Source: Octopus vulgaris (lineage: Eukaryota). Taken from it: a DNA stretch of 64,000 nucleotides. The stretch spans positions 114,390,001 to 114,454,000 of the forward strand of contig OX597819.1 of the NCBI GenBank assembly GCA_951406725.2, given 5' to 3'. Positions 26,691 to 41,000 of this stretch are shown here, one piece after another (within the stretch, counting starts at the first letter, position 1; every line of letters starts with the position of its first letter). The translations under genes and the position numbers were made by a program. Below the pieces are notes generated by a model. The model was not told the DNA's origin. It did not search any database and worked only from the letters and a program-made list of their open reading frames with translations.

Positions 26691-28701
26691 GAGACAATTC
26701 CATTGTGGTATATATTCCTTATCATTCTCATTGTTTTAACAATTATTTCTCACATATTGTAATAAATTAGTTGGAGGGATCTTTAGAATGCCATACTGCC
26801 TCAAGTTTCAGTTTTGAATCATCTTACCTGTGAAGTCCATCTGAGATCTAATCTCAAACTTAGACTACTTACTAATGGCTTCAAATTTTGGTACAAGGTC
26901 AGCAGGAGGAAGTTGATTACATTGACCCCAAAACAATGAAAGGCAAAGCCAATCTCAAGGATATTTGAGCTCAGAATGTAAAGGCATGAAATTCTGCTAA
27001 GCATTTTGTCTGGTAAGCTGACAGCTCTGCCAGCTTACTACCTTTATACCAATTATCAATAATAACACGAGGACAACAATTACAACACTAAAACTAGCAA
27101 GGTGACAAAATAGACTCTACAAAGCCATCCAATGTGTTAGAAATAACAGCTAAATTTCTCTCAGATTACTCACTCCCATGTTGGAAAAGAAATTGTACAT
27201 TGGATAATGTATGAAAAAAAAGACTGAATGGTCATAGTTGGAATGTGTTTGCTCATAGGTAGCTTAATCAGTGCTTAGTCAAAAGTGGAGATTCTTTGTA
27301 GTTGCTAACCTGACTGAAATTTTCTTCAAAATCAAAACCTATCATCTTAAAAAAGAGGTTTCCTTAGATAATTTAATTCTAGATTATGTCTGGAGAAAAG
27401 ATTGGATAATTATGGCAGGAACATCTTTTATTATCATAGGCCTGTTAGATCAGAGCTAACCTAGGAGTTAAACATTAAAAGCATAACCATAATCAATGTG
27501 ACACAGCCCATAAACCAACATACATTTAAAAAAATTTTTATCTCGAGCCCTAGGACTCATTGGACTGTTTACTCACTTTCCATGGCACATAAGTGACTAA
27601 GATTACAACATTGCCCTGAACAGGATGCCAAGTCCATTGCAAGGTACTTATTTACAGCTGAGTGGACCGGAGCAATGTGAAATGAGGTGTTTTACTCTAA
27701 AACACAAGAGCAATTCCCAGGCCAGTAATGAAAACCACAGTCTTGCATCACCCTCACCACTAGGCCATGTGCCGTATACCGACAACAATTTCTTATTCTT
27801 TTTAAACAGAATGAACAACTTACCAGATTTTGCCACTGATGGAACAGGACGAAATATCACTGATACGATGACGTAACCTAAGGATTTATCTGCCACAAAA
27901 CCAGATGAAGGCCTGTCATTTCCAAGGGACAGAGCTTTCCGGATACAAAAATTTTCCTTCTATTTAACACAAAGATAAATTATGTAAAAAAAATGTATTA
28001 GATGAAATAACATATTTAAAAAAAGAAAGAAAAAGGAAAACAAAGCAGATACATGCTTTAAGATTTGGGATTAGTTAATTTTGATGCTTGTGTGTGTGTG
28101 TGTAATAATAATCTAGGTATGCAATATATGAACCTATCCATATATAATGTATTTCTATATGAATATAGAGTATGTGTGTGTATGTTCAGGTATTTTTATG
28201 CATGTGCTTATTGTATATGCTTATCTGAATATATTTTTGCACTTAGCACACTCAGTAAATGGTTGTTATTAGTAAGGGTATCTAGCCATAGAAACCATGT
28301 CAAAACTGAAACATTGGATTGGTTAGATTCTATTGAACTGACCAATCGATGCCAGCATGGAAAATGAACATAAAGGAATGATATATACATGAATGTGTAC
28401 TTATAAGAATATATAAATTATTATTATAAGAATGTGTATATCAACATAATTATGCTTCTATGAATGTGTGTATATATGAAACTAAAAGAGTCTGCATATA
28501 GGAGTTGTATTATGTTAAGCTTTTACATTCATATTTCCATACCAGCATGGGAAAGATCTATTTTACGAAACATTTGTATGCTGTTACAGTTTTAGGTTTC
28601 TACATTTGGATGCTCTTCTTACAAATATCTGTTCAGTTGTGAACTAGAGAGTAGAAAATAGAGAAATTAAAACAATCATGCAGTATCATCATCATCATCA
28701 T

Positions 28702-28733
<32 letters not shown>

Positions 28734-29046
28734 TCATCATTAGTATCATTATCGTCATCAAAGTTATTATTTAACATTTGATTATTGTCAAACACATACA
28801 CAGATACAGGTGCCAGCACACATACACACACACACACACCATCAAACACACAGAGTCACACATATACACATAGAGCTGAAATTAAAAGTGTTTAAATGTA
28901 ATGCAAGTGAGAAGGTATTTGGGATTTGAAGTAGACAAGAGAAATTGATGTAAAATAAGGAAGATAAGGAGTGAGGAAAATTAAGGAGAGAATGAATTAT
29001 TAAAAGAGTAAAAAATTAAAAGATGGATTGGTGAAATTATGAGTAG

Positions 29047-29088
<42 letters not shown>

Positions 29089-32000
29089 ATAAAGTGAAAG
29101 AATGACAAATGGGTGAGTGAGTGAAACAGAAGATAATGGAAATACATATAGGGATAGAAAGTTAGTCAGATAGGTGTGTGTGTGTGTGTGTGTGTGTGTA
29201 TTATTTAATAACAGTTTGACTTGATGCATAATATATGTGTCTCCTTAGGAATGTGTTGAGTGTCACATTTGCCCACACACTCGTGTGCGTGTATGTGTGT
29301 GTGTGTTTGAAACAATCCATACACCAACACTTAGGACCCTGCTTAGGTCCACTTTGCCTATTTAATCTGTGTTCAATAAAATAAATAATGGGATGGATAA
29401 GAATACCTATATTCTGCAAGGCAATGCTCCAGTATGATCGAAGTTTAGTGATTGAAATATGTAAAAGAAAAGTATAAAATAGGTGCTCTTAGGTTAGACA
29501 GTCTAAGCCAATGCTGGATGAAACCTAAGTTTATCTTTCCTCTATCGCTTTCTCTCTGTATGTATATTATCCAATTGACTATGCCCAGTATATGGCCATG
29601 CTATATGCAATTGATTATATCAACCCAGTACTTGTAAATTAGTATTTATTTTATCAGCCTCAGAAAGTTGAAAGGCAAAGTTGATCCAAGCAGGATTTGA
29701 ACTCAAGGCATGAAAAGACATTAAAAATCAGAAGCTATTTTGGATTCCATTATCACCTTTCCTATTGTCAATACTTAAGATATTTCACAATAATTCATTT
29801 TCATGTAATGTATTTTTTTAAAGAATCAAAAAAAAAAAAATCAAAAACAAAACTATCACAAACTGAATTGGTAATATCAAATAACCAAAAAAAATAGCTG
29901 TTAATATGTAAGCAAAAAGCTGTTTCTCTGTAAAGATGTTAGTATCAAGCATCCAGCAGATAAAATAAGTAAAAGAAAAAAAAAAATAAAATAAAGCAAG
30001 TTGATGCAAAGTAATGAAATACTTTGGTATTAAATGTAGCTGAGTTTTGACTAACTTTACTTGAAATAATATTTATTTCAAATCAAATAAGAGTAAAGTG
30101 AAAATGAAAATAAAACCAAAATGAACAAAAACAAAATTGAATGTTACAGGGGTGTGACTAAGCCTTCATTCTGTCATTGTTTAACCTTCAGCTCAGATCT
30201 GATCTGATCTATGGTAGAGAATAAATGAACTTAAAGATAATAAAGAAAAGCCAGCGTAAGCTAACTAAAACTATAGGAGTCCATAACCCTAGAGCTTATT
30301 TCCAGCCCTGGATGTTTATCTTTTGTGTATCACAGGAAATGTCTCAAGCTCTGTTACCTGTACTCAACAGGTACAGATACACTGAAGCATAAAGTATTGA
30401 GTGTCCTTGCTTAAACAGAATTAAATACCTGTAGTAACTCACAATCTACCATCTAGTTGTTAAATATTTTAATTACTTGATTATTTATCTCTGAGCAGAA
30501 ACTAACCTGCTGGTAAATGACATATCTTTGTATTGGGAAAACTGACATAAACTTACTCTCTCTATCTCATCACACACACACACACACACACGTGTGTGTA
30601 CACACATACACGAGCTCTTTCAATACATTGTTATGTAGACCTTGAACTTTACAGCAACATATCTTTGAGAAAAGAAAAATATCTCAAAAACAGTTGGCAA
30701 AGCTTCAACTCCAAGGATTTTTGTAATCCAACTGTTTAATCTATTTGCGATCACATTTCATATGAAACACACTTTGTGTTCCAATTAATTGTGGAAGAAT
30801 TTAAGAAAAGTAACTCTTTTCAATATCATGATAGTGCTTGGAGTACAACTTAACACTCGGTTCTAGAATAAAATTATGATGGAAGATTTTAATTTAAATG
30901 GTAAAGAGTAAAGTAAGGATCCCTTCAGTCATGAATGACCATAGGATTGCACCTAAAAAGTTCCCCTCTGAGGCACAAGTCCAAGTAAGGTTGTTTGTGG
31001 AAGACCAACAGTCACTCATGTATACTAGTCTCCCCTCACCATGCCACTGATGTTGTAACTCATTTCCATTGCTGAGTGAAGCAGAGCAATGTGAAATAAA
31101 GTGTTTTGTTTAAGAACACAACACACAGCCCAGTCCATGAATTGAACTCACAACCTCATGATTGTAAGCCTGATACTCTAACCACTGAGCCATGAACCTT
31201 CCCTAATTTAAATAAGAACACTTTATGACGAGACACATATCACAGAAACAGGGGTTGTCTCAGGGAGATTGGCATCAAGAAGGTTAACCACTAATTTACT
31301 GATTACTAAAGATATTTCTAGAAATAAATAAATACAAATTAAAAGAAAAATAATTTAAATAACAGTAATTTAGAACAACTTCACTTTCCTCACTCAATAG
31401 GACTTCTCTCTACACGATCTTTTGAAAGAATGCATGAGAATAGATTTAAAAGAAAGATGGAAAGTCAATTTAATTAAACTGCTCAAGAAATCAATGTGAT
31501 AAACTTAATTAATTAAACGGAATTAGTATGCACTTAATTAAAAAGCAAGCAGTTCAGCATGCCAAAGAAAAAAAGCAAGCTTATATTGAAATATATATAA
31601 AAAAAAAATAAACACCAAGCAGTAAAATTAAAATATGTAAGCAATAAAGAAAGAAATCAGACAAAATTAAGTTATAAATAGAATTAACTAGGAATGGGAG
31701 ATAAAACTATTATGTGTGTGTCTGTGTATGTGTGTACATGTATGTGTGTATATATATATATATATACCTTACATACAAACATATAAAGGTTTGCATATAT
31801 GTAGGTATGTAAGTATGGATGTATCTATACATTTAAGTGAATGTGTGAATATAAGTGGATAACATATATATGTACTTCACTGTACATATATAAATTCATC
31901 TAAAAATGAGGTATTTCTCATTTAAAGTACTCAATAAGAAATGAAAAATTATTTAAATTAATTAGATCTAAGAGAGCAATATCTTCGAAGATAAAACAGA

Positions 32001-35000
32001 ATAGAAAAATCTTGAATGTATCCTATAAAGGAGGTATGTATATATTACCTTTAATTTGGGATATAATATTGTTTCAATGTGTTTGGTCACAAATCTAATC
32101 CACCATAGAATAAAAGACAGCATCTTTCATTCCAATATATGTGTGGATGTTGTGGATGCAAAATTCTGTTTTCTTGAAGTTATTTAAAACGGCTAAAGTG
32201 GTCAAATGTAAGTCAAATATAATTAAGTATAAAGGGAGTAAAGGACAACAATTTACTGGATGTAATCTATTTGTTAGTAACAATCATGTCACCTGATGTA
32301 TCCATTCATTAGCAGTGTTGCGAATCCATTTATCCTTAAAAAGAGAAATTTAAGGAGTACAAAGTGAATTTAAGGAGCTAGAAACATTACTTTATCTTTT
32401 TTTTAGATGATGACTTTTTTTGGTATTTTTTGTTTTCATGAGTTTAGGAACTGATGGAAGTCTGAAATGATGATGGTAATGGTGACAATCCCAACCAGGA
32501 ATTCTTAGCTGGAAATGTTTCTTCAGAACATCAAATGCATTGGTAGATCTCTATCTGTGATCACACATCTTACCAAATTCAAACATCACTAAGTGATGGT
32601 CACACTAACAATTTCTTTCTGACTAAACACAAGGTCAATTTTTTAAAGAGTCTAGACAATTGAATTTTGCTCAGTAAACTACTGGTACTTGAGGCACAAA
32701 AGGTAAATATTATCTGGAGATAGTGGATTTAATTGATCGATATATTGGTATCAGTGACTTCATTGACTCAAGAAAAGTGAGAAATAAAAAAATTTCTTGG
32801 GTAATTTTAGAAACTGAAATGTAGTAATTACTTCCTGTATACTATAACTGTAATAATTAAATATTACAGAGGAACTGAAAACCTCAACTTCTGGATTACA
32901 AATCCAGTGTTTAAAGTTTCCATCTCAGCTACTTTCTTTTAATGGCTGGGCACAGAATGTAAAGACAGACGACATACCACTAAGCATTTCATCTGGCATG
33001 CTAGAGGTTCTGCCAGTGCGCCGCCTTGACCTACTTTTTAATATTGAAAAGAAAAGAAAAAATTCAGAAAACTTAACGAAATTAGCATAAAACTTTTTTA
33101 GAGAAAATATTCTTTTTTTTTTTTTCTAAAAATATATTGCAGCCTTTATGCTTTTGGCTTATTGTATAATATATCAATGGATAGTTTACATTTCAAGAGT
33201 ATAAGGTTTGATTTTCACATGTCTTTCAGACTTGTACAGCTACTTATGGATTGGGAGTCACTGATATAAAGCAACAGATTTTATAGGGAAATAGGAATGT
33301 GAAGTTGTGAATTAATGCCTTTCCTAAGAGAAATGAGAAGCATGTGCAATAAGACTAATAATATAAACATGAATTTTTATCATTTGTGCCTTTTGCAAAA
33401 ACATTTGTTATAGCAATGTACCATGGATACTGAAACAGGGTGAGTGGAACATTTGATGTGTACATTGTTTTCAATAATAAATTACATATCTTTAAATCAT
33501 TTAGTATGGTGTTTATATGTGTGTGTGTGTATATATGTATATTTATGTATTTTTTTCCTAGTTTCAGCCCAAGGGCTGTGGTTATCCTGGTTCACAATGA
33601 ACAGTATGTATGTATGTATGTATGTATGTAGACACTAGAAGAAAAAATATTTAAGATAGAAATAGTGCTGAAATGCATTAGTACCATACCCAGAATATAT
33701 ATACCTTTGATTAGTTGCCTTAATAAAGCAATTACAACTGGCAATTGAAAATTAAGCTTCAGGCCCAATTTAGCCAGAAGTTATCACCATACCGTATGGA
33801 ATAATGTAATAATGCTTTTCTGTTCAATTTTACAAGTTTCTTTGTTCAACCTAAGAGAACTGGTTGAATATCAGAATAAATCAGAATAAAAAATGATAGC
33901 AAGACTTTAAAAAAATAGTTGTGAAGTTGTTACAGATATGTATGATGCAATGCTCAAGATGCAGTATTTTAAATTGGTGCAATGAAAAAATTATTAATCA
34001 AGTAACTTAATCATATCAAAGGTGTAATTTTTTTTTTGCCTAAGAATTTAATATTCTAAATATTAAAAAAGTTTATATAAACTCTAGTATATACATATAA
34101 GGACTACTTAATGATGATATGTAAACATTACAAGTTACTACCACAGCTCCAATTAATTGACTTCAGCAAGCAGTGTAACACTTTAAGACTCTTTTAAGAA
34201 TATAAGGTAATGCCTGCAGTTGGGTTTGAAACCTTGGTTTATGGATGAAAAAATAGGTGGTATTATTGTTCTGTCAAGTTACAAACTGAAATGTGGTTAC
34301 CTGTTTCCCATTATCATCATCACAACTGCAAAATAATTGACTTCAGAAATTTAGCAATGTAGTTGTAATTACTTCAGTAAATTCTGCCAAAGTTGGAAAT
34401 TGTAGAAGGGCTTAATACAAAAAACTATATAAATACACATGTTTTGCACATAAAAAAGAAATTTACTCCAATATACAGCTAAACTCTTGATTTCATTATC
34501 ATCATTTAATGTTGTTTTCCATGTTGGCATGGAGTGGATGCTTCAGCAAGTGTTGGCAAGCTTGAGTTCTGCACCAGGCTCAGCTATCTGTTTTGGCATG
34601 ATTTCTACGATTGGATGCCCTTAGCATCCAATACTTTACAGAGTGTCTTGGGTGCTTTTTATGGTCATCCACAGCAATGAAGTCACCAAGTAACTCACAA
34701 GAATTATCATTTCAAGTACCCAAAAGTATAAGATGGAACATAGAACTGAATATCTCAGGATTTGAAATCAGATCTATAAATTCTCCAAAATCAAAACTTT
34801 ATTGCTTATTGTTCCTTATAGTTTAAATATTTAAATTCATTTATTCAGATTTAATCAGTATGCAATTTATAGGATTTTCTAGAATATGATACAGATGGGA
34901 GGCTCTGGTATGTTATAGAGATTGATAAATGAATCTAAATTAAGCAGGATCTTACACCACAGACTTTTGTGTTTGCTCTGCAACTTCAAGCTAAACTTCA

Positions 35001-38000
35001 TGGGTAGTTATTAAATCTGTCAATTCCTTTCAATATAACTAATTGTTTCATATCTTAACTATATGGAAGAACAAGAGCTAATAAATACAGGAACATTTGT
35101 TTATGAAATATAAACTGCCAACTGCAACCACTGTTCTTAAAAGCAAAAAAAAACAAAAAAAAACCTAATCATTTAAAGAGCTGGGATTAGTGAGAGGAGC
35201 ATAATTTAAGTTTTCAGTTTTTCATTGCAAAGACAACAATGTGGGGTCCTATGAGGGTTCTCTGCATTCTGCTCATACAGAATCAAAATGTGTTAAGGGA
35301 ACTGAAGCAATAATAATAATAATAAAAAAATATCTTGCCTGATGTACGTCAAGGAAGGCACAGCCAAGAAAATCATCATCAATGATATTTCTTCCATCCC
35401 AGTCAAAGACATAAAAACTTAATTTGGTCTGAAATAGATAAAAGATAAAAGATAAATCAGAGAGAGAGAAAGAGAGGGGGGGGGAGAGTAATAGATTAAG
35501 AAATACTGAAAGCTGAAATCAGACTAATTAAATACTAACAATGATTATATTGTAAAAGAGATTTACTTTAAAAGTTGATAGAATATTATATAGAATACTG
35601 AATATTAAATAATGGGAAAGGCAAATTCTAAATTATAGACGGACTGAACTTTTTTCTTTAAAATTGAAAAATTTTATATTCAAAGACATATCATACCAAT
35701 CCAACTATAAATAGAATGGTTCTTGAATAGTTCCACACAAGAGTGAGCTTGACCAGAATTATATCCAAAAGGCACCCAATAATACATTTTAAACTAATTC
35801 ATAAACTCAGAATGGAGAATATGCAGATATCAGATTTTTAATTTATTTGTTTGGGTTAAGCTTCAGGATTTAGCTGTTGTTCAAGTCATGGTCACCCTTT
35901 CATCATTATAGTCATCATGTCCTAAAATTTAGAATTTGACACAGCTACCTATGTTTAGGAGTTGGTTAAATACAGAAACATTGCAATCAAGTGGCACCAA
36001 CTTTCTCAACCTGACAGCTTGCTGCATGTTGTATGATAACTTGACCTGTTAGAAAATGCAGTCAAATCACCTTCAAACTATACTATCTTCTTTAAAAAAA
36101 AATGGACACATTGGATAATGTAGTCCTAGGTGTACAATGCTTGACAAAAGAAGCTGAAATTGTCATGGCTGGAATATGTAGCAGAGCATTATCCTGATGG
36201 AAGAACACCTTTCATCTTGAAACCAAAGAGAGTCGTTTTCCTTCTCTTGCTGACTTAAGCAGCTCGAGTTACTCACAGTAGATCTCCTTTTGTTATCATT
36301 TAGTTTGGGTTTAAAAGTTCAAAGTGGACCAAACCTTTCATATCCCACCAGACAGATAATAACACTTTACATGGGTAAAGACCTTCATTAGCCTGGGATG
36401 CCGGTGTTTCTCCTTTCCCTACCCACTGTCTTTGGTGCTTGACATTTTTATAGAGAATCCATTTCTCATCACCAGTCATTATTCAGTCCAAAAATGGTTC
36501 ATTCATGAGAAGTGACAGCAAAGAAGAGCACACATTCACTCTCTGCGTGCAATTAGACTCAGAAAGTTTGTGAGGACCCAATTTACTGACTTTTCCGATG
36601 GCATGCAGGTGTCGATGAATGGTTGAATGACCAAATCCAAGCTTCTCTGTTAGTTCCTTAATGGTTACGATGGGATTTTGTTCCATCAGGGTTTGCAGGA
36701 TGTTCACATCAAGCTCTACAGAACTTCCAGGATGAGGCTTGTCTTCTAGGATGTAGTTTCCAGCTCAGAATTTCTGGAATCACTGTTGATACTGGCTTTT
36801 GCTTACTGTCTGATCCCCATATACTGCATTAATATTCTATGCAGTTTCCATAGCATTGTTGCCATTATTGAACTCATAAAGCAAAATATGCCAAATATGC
36901 TCCTTTGTCACTTCCATTATAGCTTTGAAAAAATAACTTAAAATCAAACTGCACTCTTCAAAACTTGCACTAAGAATAAGGACAAGGTAAAATTACTACC
37001 TGCTTTTATAGCAAGTTGATGCAGGTAGTTTATCTCATCTCCCTCTGACTTTTAGTTTATGCAATTGAAAAGACTGCATTATTTATGGGATGACCAGACA
37101 TATTATCCATGCTATTTTGGATGTGGTAAGGCAGGTGTTGGAACCTGTACAACCTGTTCAAGTTAATTCATATATTACACAAAATCAACTGAAAGCTATG
37201 ATTTATTTACAAATAAAATTAACTGTTATAAGCATTTTCTATAGTTAATGATTCACAAGTGACAGGTGAGTTTTGCATATGTATTTCATACTAATATGCA
37301 TGTGGTATGGCAGATGTCAGAACCAGAACCTACAAATGTTCAAACAAATTTGCATATTTATTTACAGAAAATTAACTTCTCATTTTTTGTTTCTAGAGTA
37401 TCTATATTGAAAGTAAAAATTAAAAATCTGAAACAAATTTATTCATTTTTATTTCATTAAATAAAATTAGAGCATTAACAATATGTTTTGTGTCATGTTT
37501 TGCACAAACATCCAGTTGACATGGTTCTGGTCTCTGTTGACATGGTCTCTGGTCTCTGTTCTACTTTCCCCAATATAGTAAAGAGCTAACAGAAACTAGT
37601 TTATGGGTGAGTAATTAGAGTCGTAAAATTTTCCCCACCAGCAATTTTCAAAATTTCCAAAAAAAGAATTAAAGAATAAAAGAAAATTATCAAAACCTTT
37701 GATGATGATGAAATTAAAGGATATGATATAAAATAATTTGAAAAAAATGAAGATGTGAAAAGCATTGTACCTTAGTGAAATCTTTAACAAAAAACTCAGA
37801 ATAGGTTTCCCATCTTGGATTTAAAGATCGTGGAACATATGGAGTGGTAACAATCTAGAACAAAAGAAAAATTTATTTTAGAATGACATCACTGATTTTG
37901 TCCATTGAATGAAGTATCAATTATACAATTTCAAGTATTTATTTGCCTGGCATTTTACTTGTATATTTTTTATCAAACTTCAAGTGATATATATCATCTG

Positions 38001-41000
38001 CACACATCATATTTAGGTTATGATTGAACTCACAAAGCTTTATTGAAACTCACTGAATTTCAGCAACACTAACTACTTCAATAAATTGTTATCTCGCACA
38101 TCAAGTGGGCAATTTATCTATTTAACAACCTAGCATCTAAAAACAATTATGATAAGTATTAATCATAAATTATGTATGAATATTACAAATCACATTAGAA
38201 CTCTGGTGGAGTGAAACAGAAAATCTATATTAAACTAAATTTACAACATTTCCTTTCATTTAATTATTTATGCATTTTGGTGGGTTTGTTTCTTCTCTAT
38301 TTAAGATATAATCAAGATGTAAGTAACAAGAACAACTGGTACTCTGTCAGTTATAATGAAGAGGGTTCCAGTTGATCTGATCAACAGAACAGCCTGCTTG
38401 TGAAATTAATAAGCAAGTGAGTGAGCACTCCACAGACACGCATACTTCAAGGAAATTCAGTATGACACAGAGTGTGACAAGGCTGGCCTTTTGAAATACA
38501 GGTACTACTAAATTTTGCCAGCTAAGTGGACTGGAACAGTGTAAAATAAAATGTCTTGCTCAAGGACACAATGCACTGCCAAGAATCAAACTTCTGCCCT
38601 TACAACTGTAAGTCAAATACCCTAACCACTAAGCTACACACCTACATACAAGATGTAGATTGTCAAATGCATTTTGTCAGATTACTGTTCACAAGAGTGA
38701 TCTCAAGATTTTGTGCTGTTAATAATAATAATCCTTTCTACTGGAAGCACAAGGCCTCAAATTAAGGGGAAGGAATTAAGTCCATAACATCAATTCCAGT
38801 GTGTAACTGGTACTTATGTAATCGACTCTGAAAGGATGAAAGGCAAAGTCAATCTCGGCGAAATTTGAACTCAGAAGATAGCGATGGTCGAAATACTGCT
38901 AAGCATTTCATTCAGTGTGCTAACAATTCTGCCAGCTTGCTGCCCTCAGTTAATAATAATAATAATAATCCTTCATACTAAAGGCACAAGGCCTGAAATT
39001 TGGTGGGAGTTGATTACATCGAAACCAGTGTTTCACTGGTACATATTTTATCGACCCTGAAAGGAAGAAAGGCAAACTCAACCTTGGCAGAATTTGAACT
39101 CAAACTCTAAGGATGGATGAAATACAGCTAAACATTTTGCCTAGCATGCTAATGATTCTGCCAGCTCGCCACCTTTCATAATAATAATATAACAATAACA
39201 ATGATGATGAAGATGATGATAATTCTTTCTTTATTGACCATAAGGGCTGAAACACATTTAGGACAATATAAAGACAAAGGATTGTGGAGATTTACATAGA
39301 AATGTATTAACAATAAAAACAACAACAATTCCCCCCACCCAAATAATGGTTTCTAATTTAGGCACAAGGCCAGCAATTCTGAGAGGTGAAGATTATTTGA
39401 AACTATCAACCCCAGTACTTGATTGGTATTTAATTTTATCAACCCTAGAAAGGCAAAGCTAATCTTCGTGGGATTTAAACTCAGAATGTAAAGATCCAGA
39501 AAGAATGCAGCTAAGAATGTTGTCCAATGCACAAACAATTCTGCCAGCTCACTGCCTTAATATCAATAATAATAATAATAATCTTTTCTATTACAGGCAC
39601 AAGGCCTGAAATTTGGGGATGGGGATAGTTGATTACATTGATCCCAGTATGCAACTGGTACTTATTTTATCAACCCTGAAAGGATGACAGGCAAAGTCGA
39701 CCTTGATGGAATTTGAACTCAGAAGAATGTAAAGATGGATGAAATACCAGTAACTATTTTGCCTGATGTGCTAACGATTCTGTCAGCTTGCCACCTTAAA
39801 TGGTTTAAAACTTTGGTAATACTATTTTAGAGGAAGAGGGTTAGTCAATTACATTGACTTAGGTACTTGGGAAGTACTTCAATTTATGAACCCTAGCAGG
39901 ATGAAAGCAAAGTTAACCCAGGTGAGTTTTGAACTCAGTACATTAAAAGCAAAAAGAAATGCCTTAGGGTATTTTGTCATAAGCTCATAATGATTCCGTC
40001 AATCCACCACAATTGTAACTTTGGTACTAGTTCACAAGTATGTAGAGGAGGGTTATAGTTCATTGAATTTGGCCACGCACCCAACGCTTTTTGTTATAAC
40101 TATGCATGTGTGCCTGTCACTGATTAAAATCACACCACACAGCCTGCTCTTCCTCCCAGTATCTATCACATCAATTACCTCATTGCCACATGCCCACGTC
40201 TTATACCAGCCACCTCTCCTGGCTATCTTCTCCCATGCCTACATTCTACATCTTTCATTCACTGTGATCACATCCTCTTCCAATTTTTGTCCCTACACTT
40301 TTAACCTATTCTTTTATATTTATCTAGATCAAGAATGACCATTTCTCTGGTCATTTTTGGTCACTTAGCCAAAGGATATGTGACCAAAATGTGTGATATT
40401 TTGCACTACTCATGGCAATCAAACTCATTGAACCAACAAGGTCCTTATCATTTTAAATGTTATAAAAATTATACAGTACAACACAATCCACTAAATGATT
40501 ATTATAATCATAATAATATATTGTAATAGTAATTACACAACACAAAAAATACAGTCTAAATCTGTAAATATAATAGATATATTCTTAAGACTGATGATGT
40601 ATTTCTTAAATGAAATCCCACCTTTACTAATATATAGAAACCTTTAAAATCAGTGTGTAAAAGTGTGTATGTATGTGCATATATATGTCCACACACATGC
40701 ACATACACACACACAGAAGCATGCCCTGCATTACAAAAGTGTTGTGATCCTGAAAATGATGTTGTAATGTGAAACTCTAAAAAGCAAAATCTATTTTCCT
40801 ACTGAGTTCCTTTTATTTAGAAGTTAATGAACAAGGAATTAATAAGGAAAATATGTTTTTGTAACAGAACTCCACATAATGGCAGCATTTTCAAGAGCCC
40901 AATGATTCCATAAAAGAAGGATTTACTTGTTTTAATATAACATATCCTCAACTTATCAATTACGACAACAACAAGGAAGAAAATCAAAATTTAAGTGCTT

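Noticed and set aside
26828-26840. 13-nt AG..gtaaga segment
   Set aside because: No pyrimidine tract and frameshifting; the flanking exons already join in phase.
32391-32461. Exon-like Lys-rich segment (tttcag..gtaatg)
   Set aside because: Stops in all three frames; it would need a homopolymer error and would interrupt the C2B fold.
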